A stretch of 64,000 bases of DNA, from the IMG/VR virus record IMGVR_UViG_3300025121_000011, positions 271,170 to 335,169 of that record. One strand, written 5' to 3'. A program made the position numbers and the translations under genes. Shown here piece by piece: positions 17,652-28,980 of this stretch. Every line of letters starts with the position of its first letter. Within the stretch, counting starts at the first letter, position 1. Under the pieces are notes generated by a model that was given only the letters and a program-made list of their open reading frames with translations, was not told where the DNA came from and made no database searches.

Positions 17652-18329
17652 AATGCAAACTTAAAATGCAAACTCACGCTAAACCATATTTACCTGAAAG
17701 GTTTTAGCTGAGTGTTGTTCTGTTTTTATAGATGCACTTCCAATCATTGGCGTTACCAATTCGTGAATATAGGAGTTCCTTGTGATAACTTATAACTTTC
17801 CAATTATCTTTAAAATTCCAAGTGAAGACGGAACAATCAACATGGAAATTTCGCCAAAAACCGTCGCCACAGCTATAGCGAGATCAAATTATGGATCTAA
17901 AAGTGTTTTAGAAGCATTAATCGAAGAAAGGATCAAGAAATGATTGAAGATTACATTTCGCGACATCAATCAAATTTGGATCCGGGTGATGATAATGATT
18001 TTAAATTTTATAAAATTGCAATCCATAGAAATACTGCCAAACTAAAAGAACTGTTAGGCGATGGTTGGTTTTAAACTGGAGTTAAATATATAATGAATAC
18101 ATCAGATCACAAACAGTTACTTGAAACAATTTCCAGATTACTTGAAGAGTTTGAAACAAAACATTCTACGGTGATTGGATGCTTTTTAGACTTAGAAACC
18201 GGAGAAAGATCTCCAGACAGTATCATTTCTCAATCTTTATGGTATGAATGGGGCGGAAAAGCGTTTAATCCATGCCCTAGTTGGAGATTAGAAAAGGTTC
18301 GCAAGGCATAACGCGTTTCGAGGTATATT

Positions 18330-18620
18330 ATGCCGTCTGTTACTATTACGTTCAAACCTGTTTCAAATAAAAAATTCAGAGTTGCGCCAAAAGCAATTCA
18401 TTCAGAAGTTGTAACAGCGCTTTGTGCTATGCTGAAACAAGAAATAAATGAAGCAGAAAGGGAAGGGCGATTACCAGAATTTGTTTCGGGATATTGTGGA
18501 TACTTACCACTTGTTCCAATTAAAGATTACGAAATTCACGACAAATCGATCCCAAAAGAATCAGAGTGGATTGATGATTCAGATACATTTGAAATGGAAA
18601 TTATCAATGGAGATTTATAG
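18330..18620 (+). CDS. hypothetical protein
   Basis: GAGG RBS. Confidence 0.6.
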   Translation: MPSVTITFKPVSNKKFRVAPKAIHSEVVTALCAMLKQEINEAEREGRLPEFVSGYCGYLPLVPIKDYEIHDKSIPKESEWIDDSDTFEMEIINGDL

Positions 18621-18872
18621 ATGGGTAAGTTTAAACAAGTAACGGAAACGAATCACAAACTTGAAATCCAAATTTTAGATGAAAACGGACAACTTACAAA
18701 ATTAGCTTTCGATCTAATTCGGCAAGGTCTTCGTAACTATATGGAAGATGCTTGGGATGATCATCATCGCTCAGCCGTTATAATTCCAGAGAACGCAGAA
18801 TACGCCCTTCAAATCATTGAACCGGATGATAATGATTCTACAAAACTTGTTATCACATGGCATACAAAATGA
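18621..18872 (+). CDS. hypothetical protein
   Basis: GGAG RBS; abuts the upstream gene. Confidence 0.6.
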   Translation: MGKFKQVTETNHKLEIQILDENGQLTKLAFDLIRQGLRNYMEDAWDDHHRSAVIIPENAEYALQIIEPDDNDSTKLVITWHTK

Positions 18873-19450
18873 GTTATGCATTCGAACATCTGTTTTTTCA
18901 GTGAAGCATTTGGTATATAGGAAAGGTTAATAACCTGGAATAAACAGTTACATAGAATTTATTAAGGCTGACAGCAATGTTATTTTGCATGAAGCTAATT
19001 GACTTTGTTGTTAGCCTTAAGTGGTTAACAGCAGTTACCGCTGGTGTAAAAACCCTTACGGGGATTCTACTACTTTGATCTCGTGTCACACTAATTTTTT
19101 TTAATAAAATTTTAAAAAAGTTTGGTGGGGCTGTTTTTTGTTTAGCTTAAAAAGATAATCATCTGTATAATAATGGATTGTGTAGCTCGCCTATGTGTGA
19201 GTTGAGTTTTAACTTGAGGGACCAATAATAATGTTACAACCAGGACCCGCCATTTGGCGCACCGATGTTTATGATGTCGATGTAGAAATCGTTAGATATC
19301 TCGGTACTACAGATGGGGTGCGTTATTATATGATCCGTAATGATTCTGGCGAAACAGGTGTGCCAGAAACTGAGTTGATTGTTAAAAAACAAAATATAAT
19401 TTTTGATTGGGCAGATATCTTTTTCCATGGATGAAATGATGAAATTAATC

Positions 19451-19909
19451 ATGTGGAGAATTTTGGTTCCGGCCTATGGTCGTCAAGAATCATTTTCTTA
19501 TGAACATTATAAGGCGTGGGTGAATTACGTTCACTCTATTGCTGGAGGGTTTACAGTTTCTCAGGGAGTTAAGGGTCAATGGACATCTCCTGATGGAATC
19601 ATCTTTCGAGATAGAATGATTCCAGTGGACATTCTTTGTAGTCGAAAACAGATTAAAAAGATTATTGATTTTACTCTTGTTCATTATAAACAAAAAGCCG
19701 TCTTGGCTTATAAGATTAGTGAAGAAGCTATCATTAGATACAGTGAAGAAGTTCCTGTTGAGCCTGTTGCGGTTGTGAAGCCTCTTCTGTTGCATGATTA
19801 TTCTTATCAATTTGCTCCTGGATGGTATAAGTGTAATTTGTGTGGTCACGAAGTTCATTATAAAAATTATAATTATGTTTATCCCGAGCGTTGTCCCGGA
19901 CCGGAGTAA
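19451..19909 (+). CDS. hypothetical protein with C-terminal Zn ribbon
   Basis: CNLC...C motif; start uncertain. Confidence 0.55.
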   Translation: MWRILVPAYGRQESFSYEHYKAWVNYVHSIAGGFTVSQGVKGQWTSPDGIIFRDRMIPVDILCSRKQIKKIIDFTLVHYKQKAVLAYKISEEAIIRYSEEVPVEPVAVVKPLLLHDYSYQFAPGWYKCNLCGHEVHYKNYNYVYPERCPGPE

Positions 19910-20405
19910 AATTTATGGGAAATCATGCACTTAGACGACAAACTTCTATGGCTCTTAGAGCGGCAGGTTTGCCGCATAAACTTTATCGCGGGAAGAGTCG
20001 TGTCGCATGGAAATATCTACATGCGAAGACTCTTAGAAATATGATTAAGGAAGCGGATCGTCGTGTTGGAGACTTAATTAATGATTGCGATGGATTTAAT
20101 CATCGCATTACAAAGGTGAATGTTTCCTATGGTTGGAATGGTGTTCTAATGTTTAATGCATATAATTTGGAAGATAAACATTGGTCTTGTGGTTGTTCTG
20201 GTCGGTCGGATGATTCAAAGACTGTTGAGCAGATTGTTGCATTTTTTAACGTTACAGATCAACAGGTTGTTGAGATGGGTGATTGGTGGACTGAAAATGA
20301 TCAGAGGTTGCTTGATAAAATTAAAGCAGGCGAGCCAATCTGTGATAAGGATGGGATTAAACTTCCGTTATAAATAAAAAAGATGATGTAAATATAAGGA
20401 GTAAG

Positions 20406-20933
20406 ATGAGTAATCTTGTAGCAGATAAAGCAGCGCGGGGTCGGAAGCATTGTCCCAAGTGTGATAAGTATCCGGGAGTTCGTAGCAATACTTGTCCTAA
20501 TTGTGGATATTTATTTGTGGTGTCTGAAAAACCCAAAGAGTCAGATTCGATTAAAATCAAAATTAAAATAGCGAAAGATATTAGTGTGGATGATGAAACT
20601 TCTCAGGATACTTCGTCAAGAGATAAAGAAGAAGTTAAAAAGATATCTGCACCGGGTTATATTCAGGGACAGGATTACGTTTTGATTCCTGCCGGCAAAT
20701 GTCCTGTTTCTTTGGATGGACAAAGTATTAATGAGATTAGAGTCTGGATGAAGGCGGTTAGAGATGTTTATAATCAAGGATATTTATCCACGGAGGCTCT
20801 TTGTTATTGGGTTAGAAATTTTTATCCATTCTTTTATTTAAAAGATGGTAAGGTTGTAGCTGATGACACTGGAGATAAAATTCGAGCGATCATTGAAAGG
20901 CTTGATGGATCAATTATTTTAGAAAAGGAGTGA
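20406..20933 (+). CDS. Zn-ribbon protein
   Basis: CPKC...CPNC; TAAGGAG RBS. Confidence 0.7.
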   Translation: MSNLVADKAARGRKHCPKCDKYPGVRSNTCPNCGYLFVVSEKPKESDSIKIKIKIAKDISVDDETSQDTSSRDKEEVKKISAPGYIQGQDYVLIPAGKCPVSLDGQSINEIRVWMKAVRDVYNQGYLSTEALCYWVRNFYPFFYLKDGKVVADDTGDKIRAIIERLDGSIILEKE

Positions 20934-20937
20934 AATT

Positions 20938-21480
20938 ATGTTTGGAAAGAAAAAATATGGTTGGTTTAGTGCAAGGGCTGCTGAAGCTTGTGGTACGTTC
21001 GCGTATCACAATATAAGTGGTGAGGTAATCACCGTTACCGTTGTTGGTTCTAATCCGTTTTCCCCTTCAAGTTTTTGGGGAGATGAAGTTTTTATTGGAG
21101 AAGTTTTTGGATATGTAGCAAGTAACTTGAAGCTTAGCTTTTTTGATAAAAATTTGATTTATAAGGAGTCTAAAACGATTAGTAATTATGTGATCGGTAG
21201 TCCTAATCTTAACTCTTCAGATCACTTTGATTATGATAAATTTATCAATTGTGAAATTCCAAAATATATTGGTGTGGATCCGGTTAGGTCGGAGGATCTT
21301 TCTTCATTGGATTTTTCTCCATATGAACAGCATCAAATTTGTGGAGATTTTCGTTTGATTTCAAATCCAAATGATGGATGCGGTGGAGTAAGAAAGTGGG
21401 TTAGCCTTGCAGCTATTCGTTCAGAGGGAGTGTCTGGCGCGTTTTATGACGCGGATATGATGTTTGATCCAACTGAATAA
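20938..21480 (+). CDS. hypothetical protein
   Basis: AAGGAG RBS; 180 aa. Confidence 0.65.
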   Translation: MFGKKKYGWFSARAAEACGTFAYHNISGEVITVTVVGSNPFSPSSFWGDEVFIGEVFGYVASNLKLSFFDKNLIYKESKTISNYVIGSPNLNSSDHFDYDKFINCEIPKYIGVDPVRSEDLSSLDFSPYEQHQICGDFRLISNPNDGCGGVRKWVSLAAIRSEGVSGAFYDADMMFDPTE

Positions 21481-21869
21481 ATTGATTCATAAAATATAAA
21501 TAATCAGGAGGTTATCTTGTATAAGAAAACCGTATTTCATTTTGAGCAACCGTTTTGTAGTTGTAATGTTTTAGATCTTGCTTGGGGTATGGTGGCTGTA
21601 AATGGCGCGCCGTGTATGTCTTTTCAATGTAGGACTTGTGCAACCGCAATTACAATTCCGTTACCAAAACTAAATGCGGGATTTGAATTTAGTTTTAAAG
21701 CAGAAGGAGTTACGGTTAAGGGTGAGGAAAGGGAGATTCCAAATCCAGAGATTATTAAGGAACCGAAAGATAGTGGATTGGTTGTCATTGGTAATGTAAC
21801 GTATGGACCATGGGCGGGTGTTGAAATCCCTGAAGAATAATATAAACAATTTAATTAAAAGAGGTGCTT

Positions 21870-22757
21870 ATGAATATGAGTAAGATGATTCTTGTGATGA
21901 TTGGCGTTGGTATGTTTTCCGGTTGTGTGATTCCGCCGGGAACCGTGGCGATTGAAACCTCTGTATGTGGCGATATGCCTGACGCAGAACGATATACTGT
22001 AGTTCGCAGTGGTCGGGTTTGGTCTGGACCATGTACCGAAATTTATACTCTGCCAACTCGCGAGCAGCGAGCGGTGTGGACTTTAGATCCTACGGATGGT
22101 TCTCCCAATGATGAGAGTATTACTTTTGCGGGAGTAGATGGACAGCCAGTTAATGCGGATATCGGTATTTCATATTCTATTGGAGTTGACGATTCCAGTA
22201 TCATTGCAATGATTAGGACTTATGGCCCTGATCTTGAAAGTACAATCGACTCTAAGGTTCGAGATTATGTTCGAGATTCGCTTAATGCATGCGCCAGCGA
22301 GAATAATCGAACGGTGCAGGATCTTTATGGTGTATTTAAGACTGAGACTGTAGCTTGTGCTCAGGAGCGAACTCAAAAGGAATTTGGGCCAAACGGTTTG
22401 GTGATTAATCGACTGACGCTCAATTCAGAAATTAGACTTCCTGCGAAGATTAAGCAAGCAATGGAAATGGCTCAGGCTGCAACTCAGGAAGCAGATCGAG
22501 TTAGTCGAGAGGTCCAAATGACTGAGGCAGAGGCTCGTAAACAGCTTGTATCTGCTCAGGCTGACGCTGATTCTCTGCGAATTAGATCTGAATCTGAGGC
22601 TGAAGCAAACCGGATTATTACTCAGTCTCTGACAAAGGAAGTGTTGGAGCTTCGCAGGTTGGAGGTAGAAGAGGCTTTGATTGGAAAATGGAATGGTTCC
22701 GTTCCCACTACTGTTTTGAGTGGTGAAAGTAATATGCTATATAATATTGGCAAGTAA
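21870..22757 (+). CDS. SPFH/band 7 (prohibitin-like) lipoprotein
   Basis: lipobox-like FSGC; SPFH core; A/E/Q-rich coiled coil; KWNG..P C-terminal motif. Confidence 0.8.
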   Translation: MNMSKMILVMIGVGMFSGCVIPPGTVAIETSVCGDMPDAERYTVVRSGRVWSGPCTEIYTLPTREQRAVWTLDPTDGSPNDESITFAGVDGQPVNADIGISYSIGVDDSSIIAMIRTYGPDLESTIDSKVRDYVRDSLNACASENNRTVQDLYGVFKTETVACAQERTQKEFGPNGLVINRLTLNSEIRLPAKIKQAMEMAQAATQEADRVSREVQMTEAEARKQLVSAQADADSLRIRSESEAEANRIITQSLTKEVLELRRLEVEEALIGKWNGSVPTTVLSGESNMLYNIGK

Positions 22758-22767
22758 AGGAGATTTT

Positions 22768-23031
22768 ATGGTCTTGGGCATTAGTGGTTTGCTTCTTATT
22801 ATTGTAATCGTAATGCTTGTTTTGGGAATAACAATGATTGTGCCCAAGACTATACTTCTTTATAGTTCATGGAGTTATGATAATAAAATTAAGAAGTTGA
22901 AATTAGAACAAGAAAAGATACACACCAGAGCGTTAGAGGAGTTGGCTATAAATGCACAGCTATCTAACGACTGGTGTAATGTGCGTTCAGATAAAGCGAA
23001 TAAACAAGAAGAATTTAAAGAAAAGATTTAA
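22768..23031 (+). CDS. membrane protein
   Basis: AAAGGAG RBS; N-terminal transmembrane helix. Confidence 0.6.
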   Translation: MVLGISGLLLIIVIVMLVLGITMIVPKTILLYSSWSYDNKIKKLKLEQEKIHTRALEELAINAQLSNDWCNVRSDKANKQEEFKEKI

Positions 23032-23034
23032 GGA

Positions 23035-23403
23035 TTGATTATGCATTACGTGTTATGGATTGATGATGAACCAGCCAGATATAATCTTCTTTGTGGGGAT
23101 TTTTCTGATACACTTTTTATCTTTGCATGTGGTGTAAAGCAAATCAATCATTATCTTAATCATGCAAAAATTAAATGGGATTTGATTTTATTGGACCATG
23201 ATATGGGAAGTGCCATTAATGGGATGGAGGTTTGTAAAAAATTTTTGGGAGAAAGAGGATTTAGAGTTGCTTGTGTTAGTAATAATACACCAAGGCGATT
23301 GGATATGATTGCTTATTTAAAAGAGTATGCCGTTCCGGTATATGACATTTCAGTAACTGATACGAATTTTTCTGCAAAAATAATTCAATTGTTAACCTTA
23401 TAA
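23035..23403 (+). CDS. receiver-like domain protein (cyclic-phosphate-processing receiver family)
   Basis: WIDDE...WDLILLDHDMG...NGMEV motifs. Confidence 0.6.
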   Translation: MIMHYVLWIDDEPARYNLLCGDFSDTLFIFACGVKQINHYLNHAKIKWDLILLDHDMGSAINGMEVCKKFLGERGFRVACVSNNTPRRLDMIAYLKEYAVPVYDISVTDTNFSAKIIQLLTL

Positions 23404-24104
23404 TATATGAGATGCTATAGGAACAAACGCACTCAATTCTCAGGATATTTATAAGGTTCTATTTAAAAAAGAATAATGGAGGGAGTGATGGATCTTAAAG
23501 TTAAAACTATTCATGCAAAGAGTTTGATTTACGGTGCTGCGTTTAAGGCTATGTATTGGACGTTAGGAAAAGAAGATGAGATTACGCGATATACATTAGA
23601 GGTTTATCGCAAAACTCGTAGGCAAATTCCGGGTTGGAAAGATCCTAAGACTGGCCGGTCTACACGTTACGGTGCTAATGAGGCATATGAATCTACTCGA
23701 AAAGATTAAAATGAATTATAAGAAAGCAATTATATGTTTACCGGAAGAGCATATTGTGCTTCGTGACGTATCAGTAAAATCAACTGAAATTGAAGGGTTG
23801 ATTATGATAACCGGGCAGAGGAAAATTGTAGCAGAAGAAAGGTTGGCGAGTAAATTTCAAATCAAAGTAGAAGTGCAAAGATCTAAGTGGTCAATATGGC
23901 GGCTGTTTGGATTTCAGACTTATTTTAAGTATGAAATAAATTTGCCAAGTGATTGGAATGCAAAATATAGTTGTTATGTTGATGATTATATTTGCATCAG
24001 ATATGAATATATTACAAAAAGCTACATCGTATCTATATATTCTACACAGATTTTCTTTGAAGAAGTTGTCTAAGTTTTACCTATTCCAACTGAATTGCGA
24101 GAGC

Positions 24105-24438
24105 GAAAAAGAGTGGATTGATTTTTATTATGGTTTATCAGTCCTCCTTCATATTTAGTTATATAATTGCTTATACGGTTGTTTTAGATGTTTTGTCTAT
24201 ATTTAAATAGCAATATACAAAAGATATACGTCTAAGAAAAGTTTGAATTAAGTAAAAATATTTAGATAGCGATAAAATTCAGTATCTGTTGAGTTTGTTA
24301 GAGAAATTTATACACAAATTGATGAAGTTAATATCATTGGGTATTATTCTTCTTATGATGTTATTCATGTTGATGTTAACCGATGAACAGAAGAAATCGG
24401 TGATATATAATATGGATGCAATTGGAGGTTGGAAATGA
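24105..24438 (+). pseudogene. decayed copy of the Imm5-like tandem gene
   Basis: retains ATTGCTTATACGGTT...CTAAGAAAAG and GTTAACCGATGAACAGAAGAAA...ATGGAT, but is broken by stops and frameshifts. Confidence 0.65.
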
Positions 24439-24935
24439 TCTCATCAAGAGATTTGATTCTTTTTATTAATCCTCCAAAATATTTATCCGTATTGATTGCT
24501 TATACAGTTGCCGCAGATGTTCTGCCTATATTTGAAAAGCATTTTCCGAAGGATTTGAGACCGAGAAAAGCTGTTGAAGCGTCTAAGATGTATTTGGATG
24601 GATATGCGGTTGATGCTGCTGCTTATGTTGATGCTCCTTCTGCTCATTATGCTCCTTCTGCTCATTATGCTGCTGTTGCTGTTAATGCTGCTGATGCTTA
24701 TGCTGCTGCTAATGCTGCTGCTAATGCTGTTTATTTTACGGCCAAAGATTCTTCCGAAGAACACATCTTTAACCTAATTTTATCTCTGCTTCCTCAGATG
24801 ATCGATTATGCTGTTGAAAATCAAGTTAAGTTATTCACCGGGTCTGGAGACTTCTCAGAAATATTTGAGATGTTAACCGATGAACAGAAGAAGCTGGTGA
24901 TATACAATATGGATGTAATTGGGAATTGGAAATGA
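24435..24935 (+). CDS. Ala-rich Imm5-like protein, tandem copy 1
   Basis: A..VLPIFEK.FPKDLRPRKAVEA followed by an Ala/Tyr-rich tract; GGAGG RBS. Confidence 0.75.
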   Translation: MISSRDLILFINPPKYLSVLIAYTVAADVLPIFEKHFPKDLRPRKAVEASKMYLDGYAVDAAAYVDAPSAHYAPSAHYAAVAVNAADAYAAANAAANAVYFTAKDSSEEHIFNLILSLLPQMIDYAVENQVKLFTGSGDFSEIFEMLTDEQKKLVIYNMDVIGNWK

Positions 24936-25489
24936 TTTCATCAAAAGATTTGGTTTTATTCATTAATCCTCCTAAATATTTATCCGTATTGATTGCTTAT
25001 ACAGTTGCCGCAGATGTTCTGCCTATATTTGAAAAGCATTTTCCGAAGGATTTGAGACCGAGAAAAGCTGTTGAAGCGTCTAAGATGTATTTGGATGGAT
25101 ATGCGGTTGATTCTGCTACCGCTGTTAATGCTGCTAATGCTGCTGCTAATGCTGCTTATGCTGCTGTTAATACTGCTGCTAATGCTGCTGCTAATGCTGC
25201 TGCTTATGCTGCTGCTTATGCTGCTGCTTATGCTGTTTATTATGTTGATGCTACTGATGTTGCTGCTAATGCTGCTTATGCTGCTTGTTATGCAGCCAAA
25301 GCCTCTTCCGAAGAACACATCTTTAATCTTATTCTATCTCTGCTTCCTCAGATGATCAATTATGCTGTTGAAAATCAAATCAAGTTGTTCACCGGACCTG
25401 GAGATTTCTCAGAGATATTTGAGATGTTAACCGATGAACAGAAGAAGCTGGTGATATACAATATGGATGTAATTGGGAATTGGAAATGA
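24932..25489 (+). CDS. Ala-rich Imm5-like protein, tandem copy 2
   Basis: near-identical flanks, longer Ala-rich tract; ATGA coupling. Confidence 0.75.
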   Translation: MISSKDLVLFINPPKYLSVLIAYTVAADVLPIFEKHFPKDLRPRKAVEASKMYLDGYAVDSATAVNAANAAANAAYAAVNTAANAAANAAAYAAAYAAAYAVYYVDATDVAANAAYAACYAAKASSEEHIFNLILSLLPQMINYAVENQIKLFTGPGDFSEIFEMLTDEQKKLVIYNMDVIGNWK

Positions 25490-25995
25490 TTTCATCAAAA
25501 GATTTGGTTTTATTCATTAATCCTCCTAAATATTTATCTGTATTGATTGCTTATACAGTTGCCGCAGATGTTCTGCCTATATTTGAAGAGAAGTATCCGA
25601 AGGATTTAAGACCGAGAAAAGCTGTTGAAGTTGCTAAGATGTATTTGGAAGGATATGCTGCTGATGCTTATGATGCTGCTATTTATTATGTTACTGATGC
25701 TGCTTATGCTATTGATGCCACTGTTTATGCTGCTAATGCTGCTTATTATGCTGCTTATGCTGCTTATGCTGTTACTTATAATTCTGATGCTGCCTATGCC
25801 GCTTATTATGCAGCTAAAGCTTCTTCCGAAGAACACATCTTCAACCTGATTTTATCTCTGCTTCCTCAGATGATCAATTATGCTGTTGAAAATCAAATTA
25901 AGTTATTCACAGGACCCGGAGATTTCTCAGGAATATTTGAGATGTTAACCGATGAACAGAAGAAGCTGGTGATATTCAATATGGATGTAATTTAA
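25486..25995 (+). CDS. Ala-rich Imm5-like protein, tandem copy 3
   Basis: near-identical flanks; ATGA coupling. Confidence 0.75.
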   Translation: MISSKDLVLFINPPKYLSVLIAYTVAADVLPIFEEKYPKDLRPRKAVEVAKMYLEGYAADAYDAAIYYVTDAAYAIDATVYAANAAYYAAYAAYAVTYNSDAAYAAYYAAKASSEEHIFNLILSLLPQMINYAVENQIKLFTGPGDFSGIFEMLTDEQKKLVIFNMDVI

Positions 25996-26025
25996 ACAAT
26001 AATCTGAACAATAGAGGATAATGAT

Positions 26026-26991
26026 ATGAAGCTTGAAGAAATTGGTTTTTATAGTTTGCACGATGAGCGAGCCAAAAATACTTCGTCCTCTTCTCCTATG
26101 CAACGATGCGAAGTTTTAATTACGGAGGATTGCAATTTTAGTTGTCCTTATTGCAAGATGAAGAAGAATAGTTCTTATCTTTCTTTTGAAGATGCAAAAA
26201 CCCTTATTGATTATTGGGCAGATGATGGATTAGTTAATATTCGATTCTCCGGAGGAGAGCCGACTATGAATCCGTATCTTTATCAGATGGTAGAATATGC
26301 TAAGAGTCGCGAGATTAAACGGATAGCTATTTCTACCAATGGCTCCATGGTAACCGAGGTTTATCACGATCTGGTTCAAGCGGGAGTAAATGACTTCTCT
26401 ATTTCACTTGATGCTTGTTGTGCATCTGATGGAGATATTATGGCAGGTGGTGTTGAGGGCTCTTTTAATAGGGTGATTGAAAATATCAAATATTTGTCAG
26501 CAAGAACATATGTTACGGTAGGAGTTGTTATTACTCATGAGAATGTTTCTAATGTGGCGAATATTGTTCGTTTTGCTCATGAACTTGGAGTTGCGGATAT
26601 TCGCTTGATTTCTGCTGCACAATATAATGTTCTTTTAAAAGGAGTAGAGGATATCGATCCACAGATACTTGAGGCTCACCCGATTCTTAAGTATCGAGTT
26701 AATAATATTTTAGCCGGCCATAATGTGCGCGGTATGAAAGATTGTGATTCTCATACTTGTTATTTAATTCAGGACGATTCTGTGGTAGTTAATGGGAAGC
26801 ATTATCCTTGTGTTATTCATATGAGGGAAAGTGGTAAACCAATTGGAAAGATTGGACCAAATATGCGACAGGAAAGAATTGCTTGGATGAAAAATCATGA
26901 TCCTCATGATGACCCGATATGCAGATCGAATTGCTTGGATATTTGTATTCTATACTCTAATAAGGTAAGATCATTTCACAAGGACATTTAA
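26026..26991 (+). CDS. radical SAM protein (MoaA/SPASM-twitch-like)
   Basis: CNFSCPYC, SGGEP, STNG motifs; C-terminal Cys cluster. Confidence 0.85.
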   Translation: MKLEEIGFYSLHDERAKNTSSSSPMQRCEVLITEDCNFSCPYCKMKKNSSYLSFEDAKTLIDYWADDGLVNIRFSGGEPTMNPYLYQMVEYAKSREIKRIAISTNGSMVTEVYHDLVQAGVNDFSISLDACCASDGDIMAGGVEGSFNRVIENIKYLSARTYVTVGVVITHENVSNVANIVRFAHELGVADIRLISAAQYNVLLKGVEDIDPQILEAHPILKYRVNNILAGHNVRGMKDCDSHTCYLIQDDSVVVNGKHYPCVIHMRESGKPIGKIGPNMRQERIAWMKNHDPHDDPICRSNCLDICILYSNKVRSFHKDI

Positions 26992-27028
26992 ACTAGTTAA
27001 ACATAAAAACTAAAAATATGAGGTAATA

Positions 27029-28117
27029 ATGCGATTTATTCATTTTCCAAAAATTGGTCAATTCAAGGATGCTATTCATTCGATTCGTCAACGAGGCGCT
27101 TATGTAGGTAGAGATGTTAATGGCGATATTATTTATGATAGTTCTATTTTGATGCCAAAAATTACATTCATTGGTTCTGTTAAAATGCATGGTACTAATT
27201 CTGCTGTATCTTTTCATCGTATGGAAGGAGTGAGGCAGGCTCAATCTAGGAATAAGATTTTATCTATAGAATCAGATAACAATGGATTTTGTAGATTTAC
27301 AGAGTCTATTCCCGAAGATGTTTGGGATTTTCTTTTTAATTCTCTATTATCTCCACTAATTACTGAGCCATATCTTTTTGGACGAGTAACGGTTTTTGGA
27401 GAATGGATTGGTCCCGGTGTTCAGGGTGGTGAAATTGGTATTAAATATCTTCCGAATAAAATCTTTGTAGTGTTCGGAGTATATGTTGGGGAGCGTGATG
27501 AATTAGAAGATAAAACTCCCACCGGATACTTTGTTCCTCTTTGTGATATTCCATCTTTCAATGATGAATCTTATCATCTGAATGATAATAGAATTTATTT
27601 AATTACTGATTTAGCTCCAACTTTCAAAATAGAAGTCGATTGTAATTATCCAGAAATTTCTAGGAATAAGTTGGTCGAATTAACTATGCAAGTTGAAGCT
27701 AAGTGCCCAGTCGCCAATTACTTTGGAATTGAAGGAACGGGAGAGGGCATCGTATGGTGCTCAATTACGGAAGGGTGGATGGGTCCAGATTTTTGGTTTA
27801 AGACCAAGGGAGAAAAGCATTCCGCTTCAAAGATAAAAAAGATAGCCGAAGTAGATGTAACAAAGGTAGAGGGAGTAATTGCGTTTTTAGAAGAGACTCT
27901 AACTGAAGTTAGATTGAATCAAGCTTTGGAATACTTAAAAGAAAAAGAGATGCCTATCGATCGAAGTAGCACAGGCGAGTTTGTTCGGTGGATGATCAAT
28001 GACGTTACTACTGAAGAGGCTATAATGATGGAAGCCTCAGGACTTACAGTAAAAGAAGTTGGTCCCAAATTAGGCACAGCCGCCAGGCAGTGGTTTTTTA
28101 ATCAACTTAATAAGTAG
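27029..28117 (+). CDS. RNA ligase, Rnl2 family
   Basis: nucleotidyltransferase motifs KMHGTN, FGEW, EGIVW, FKTKGEKH. Confidence 0.8.
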   Translation: MRFIHFPKIGQFKDAIHSIRQRGAYVGRDVNGDIIYDSSILMPKITFIGSVKMHGTNSAVSFHRMEGVRQAQSRNKILSIESDNNGFCRFTESIPEDVWDFLFNSLLSPLITEPYLFGRVTVFGEWIGPGVQGGEIGIKYLPNKIFVVFGVYVGERDELEDKTPTGYFVPLCDIPSFNDESYHLNDNRIYLITDLAPTFKIEVDCNYPEISRNKLVELTMQVEAKCPVANYFGIEGTGEGIVWCSITEGWMGPDFWFKTKGEKHSASKIKKIAEVDVTKVEGVIAFLEETLTEVRLNQALEYLKEKEMPIDRSSTGEFVRWMINDVTTEEAIMMEASGLTVKEVGPKLGTAARQWFFNQLNK

Positions 28118-28358
28118 GAGATGTCCATGTCTTTTACATTTGTTAATGTACTTTTCATTCTCTTTATTTATATGATAGTTTTTGGTTATCCACTTCGTGG
28201 TATAATTTTATTATTTTTATGGATAATAGATTGTTTTCCAGAAACAAAACATGATCGTTTGTTAATAATTTCTTCATGTATACTTCCAGTATTTGGAGAG
28301 TGTGTGGTTCTTTGGTTCTTAATTAAGCAAATGATTAAGTGGATAAAGGAGGGAAAAG

Positions 28359-28685
28359 GTGATTAAAATTAACGGTAAAACATTTTTTACAACTAATATT
28401 TCAAATGTTTCTATTCGTAATAATGAAATATATATCGACGGAAAGTTGGTAGGCGATAGTAAAGATGCAGAACAGGGTATTCTTACTGTCAAGATTGAGG
28501 GTAATTTGGTTAGCTTAATTTGTGATGCAACAGTAGAAGTAACAGGCAATGTAAATGGTAGCATTAGCGCTGGTAACTCTGTTTACTGTGGTAATGTTAA
28601 TGGAAATGTTAATTGTGGAAATTCTGCTCATTGTAATAATATTGAAGGCAATGTAACTGCTGGAAATTCGGTTCATAAATTATAA
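28359..28685 (+). CDS. beta-helix (bactofilin-like) protein
   Basis: repeated GNV.G.(I/V)..GNS..C units. Confidence 0.55.
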   Translation: MIKINGKTFFTTNISNVSIRNNEIYIDGKLVGDSKDAEQGILTVKIEGNLVSLICDATVEVTGNVNGSISAGNSVYCGNVNGNVNCGNSAHCNNIEGNVTAGNSVHKL

Positions 28686-28980
28686 AGAATTGATTCTTGT
28701 AATAAAATTTATGTAGTCGAAAAGATTATTATCTTAGAAAAAAAAGTATCAAGATAATGTATCGATATAAAGCCACGGGATTGCTTTGATTTAGCGTAAG
28801 GATGGCGGACTCAGGTCCGCTATTTGGCGCATTGGTTGTCATGGATTAATAGAGGTGATAATTGTATAATAAAAGTTTTATTGATCTTAGTAAAGATAAG
28901 TCAATGAATTGTAGCTAAGGTTTTATTATTTTGATTCGAAAATCGATTGTTCAATACTCAGGATAGAAAGGGAAATAATA

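Noticed and set aside
18962-19020. Additional CAGCAA motif copy
   Set aside because: CAGCAA here is paired within a 16-bp hairpin, unlike the other copies.
24600-25820. Diversity-generating retroelement acting on the NNT-codon tract
   Set aside because: No reverse transcriptase or template repeat is in the window, and the tracts differ in length, which fits slippage better.
24483-25849. Ser/Ile-rich minus-strand ORFs and Leu/Met-rich alternate-frame ORFs
   Set aside because: They are shadows of the GCT/NAT low-complexity tract in the Imm5-like genes.
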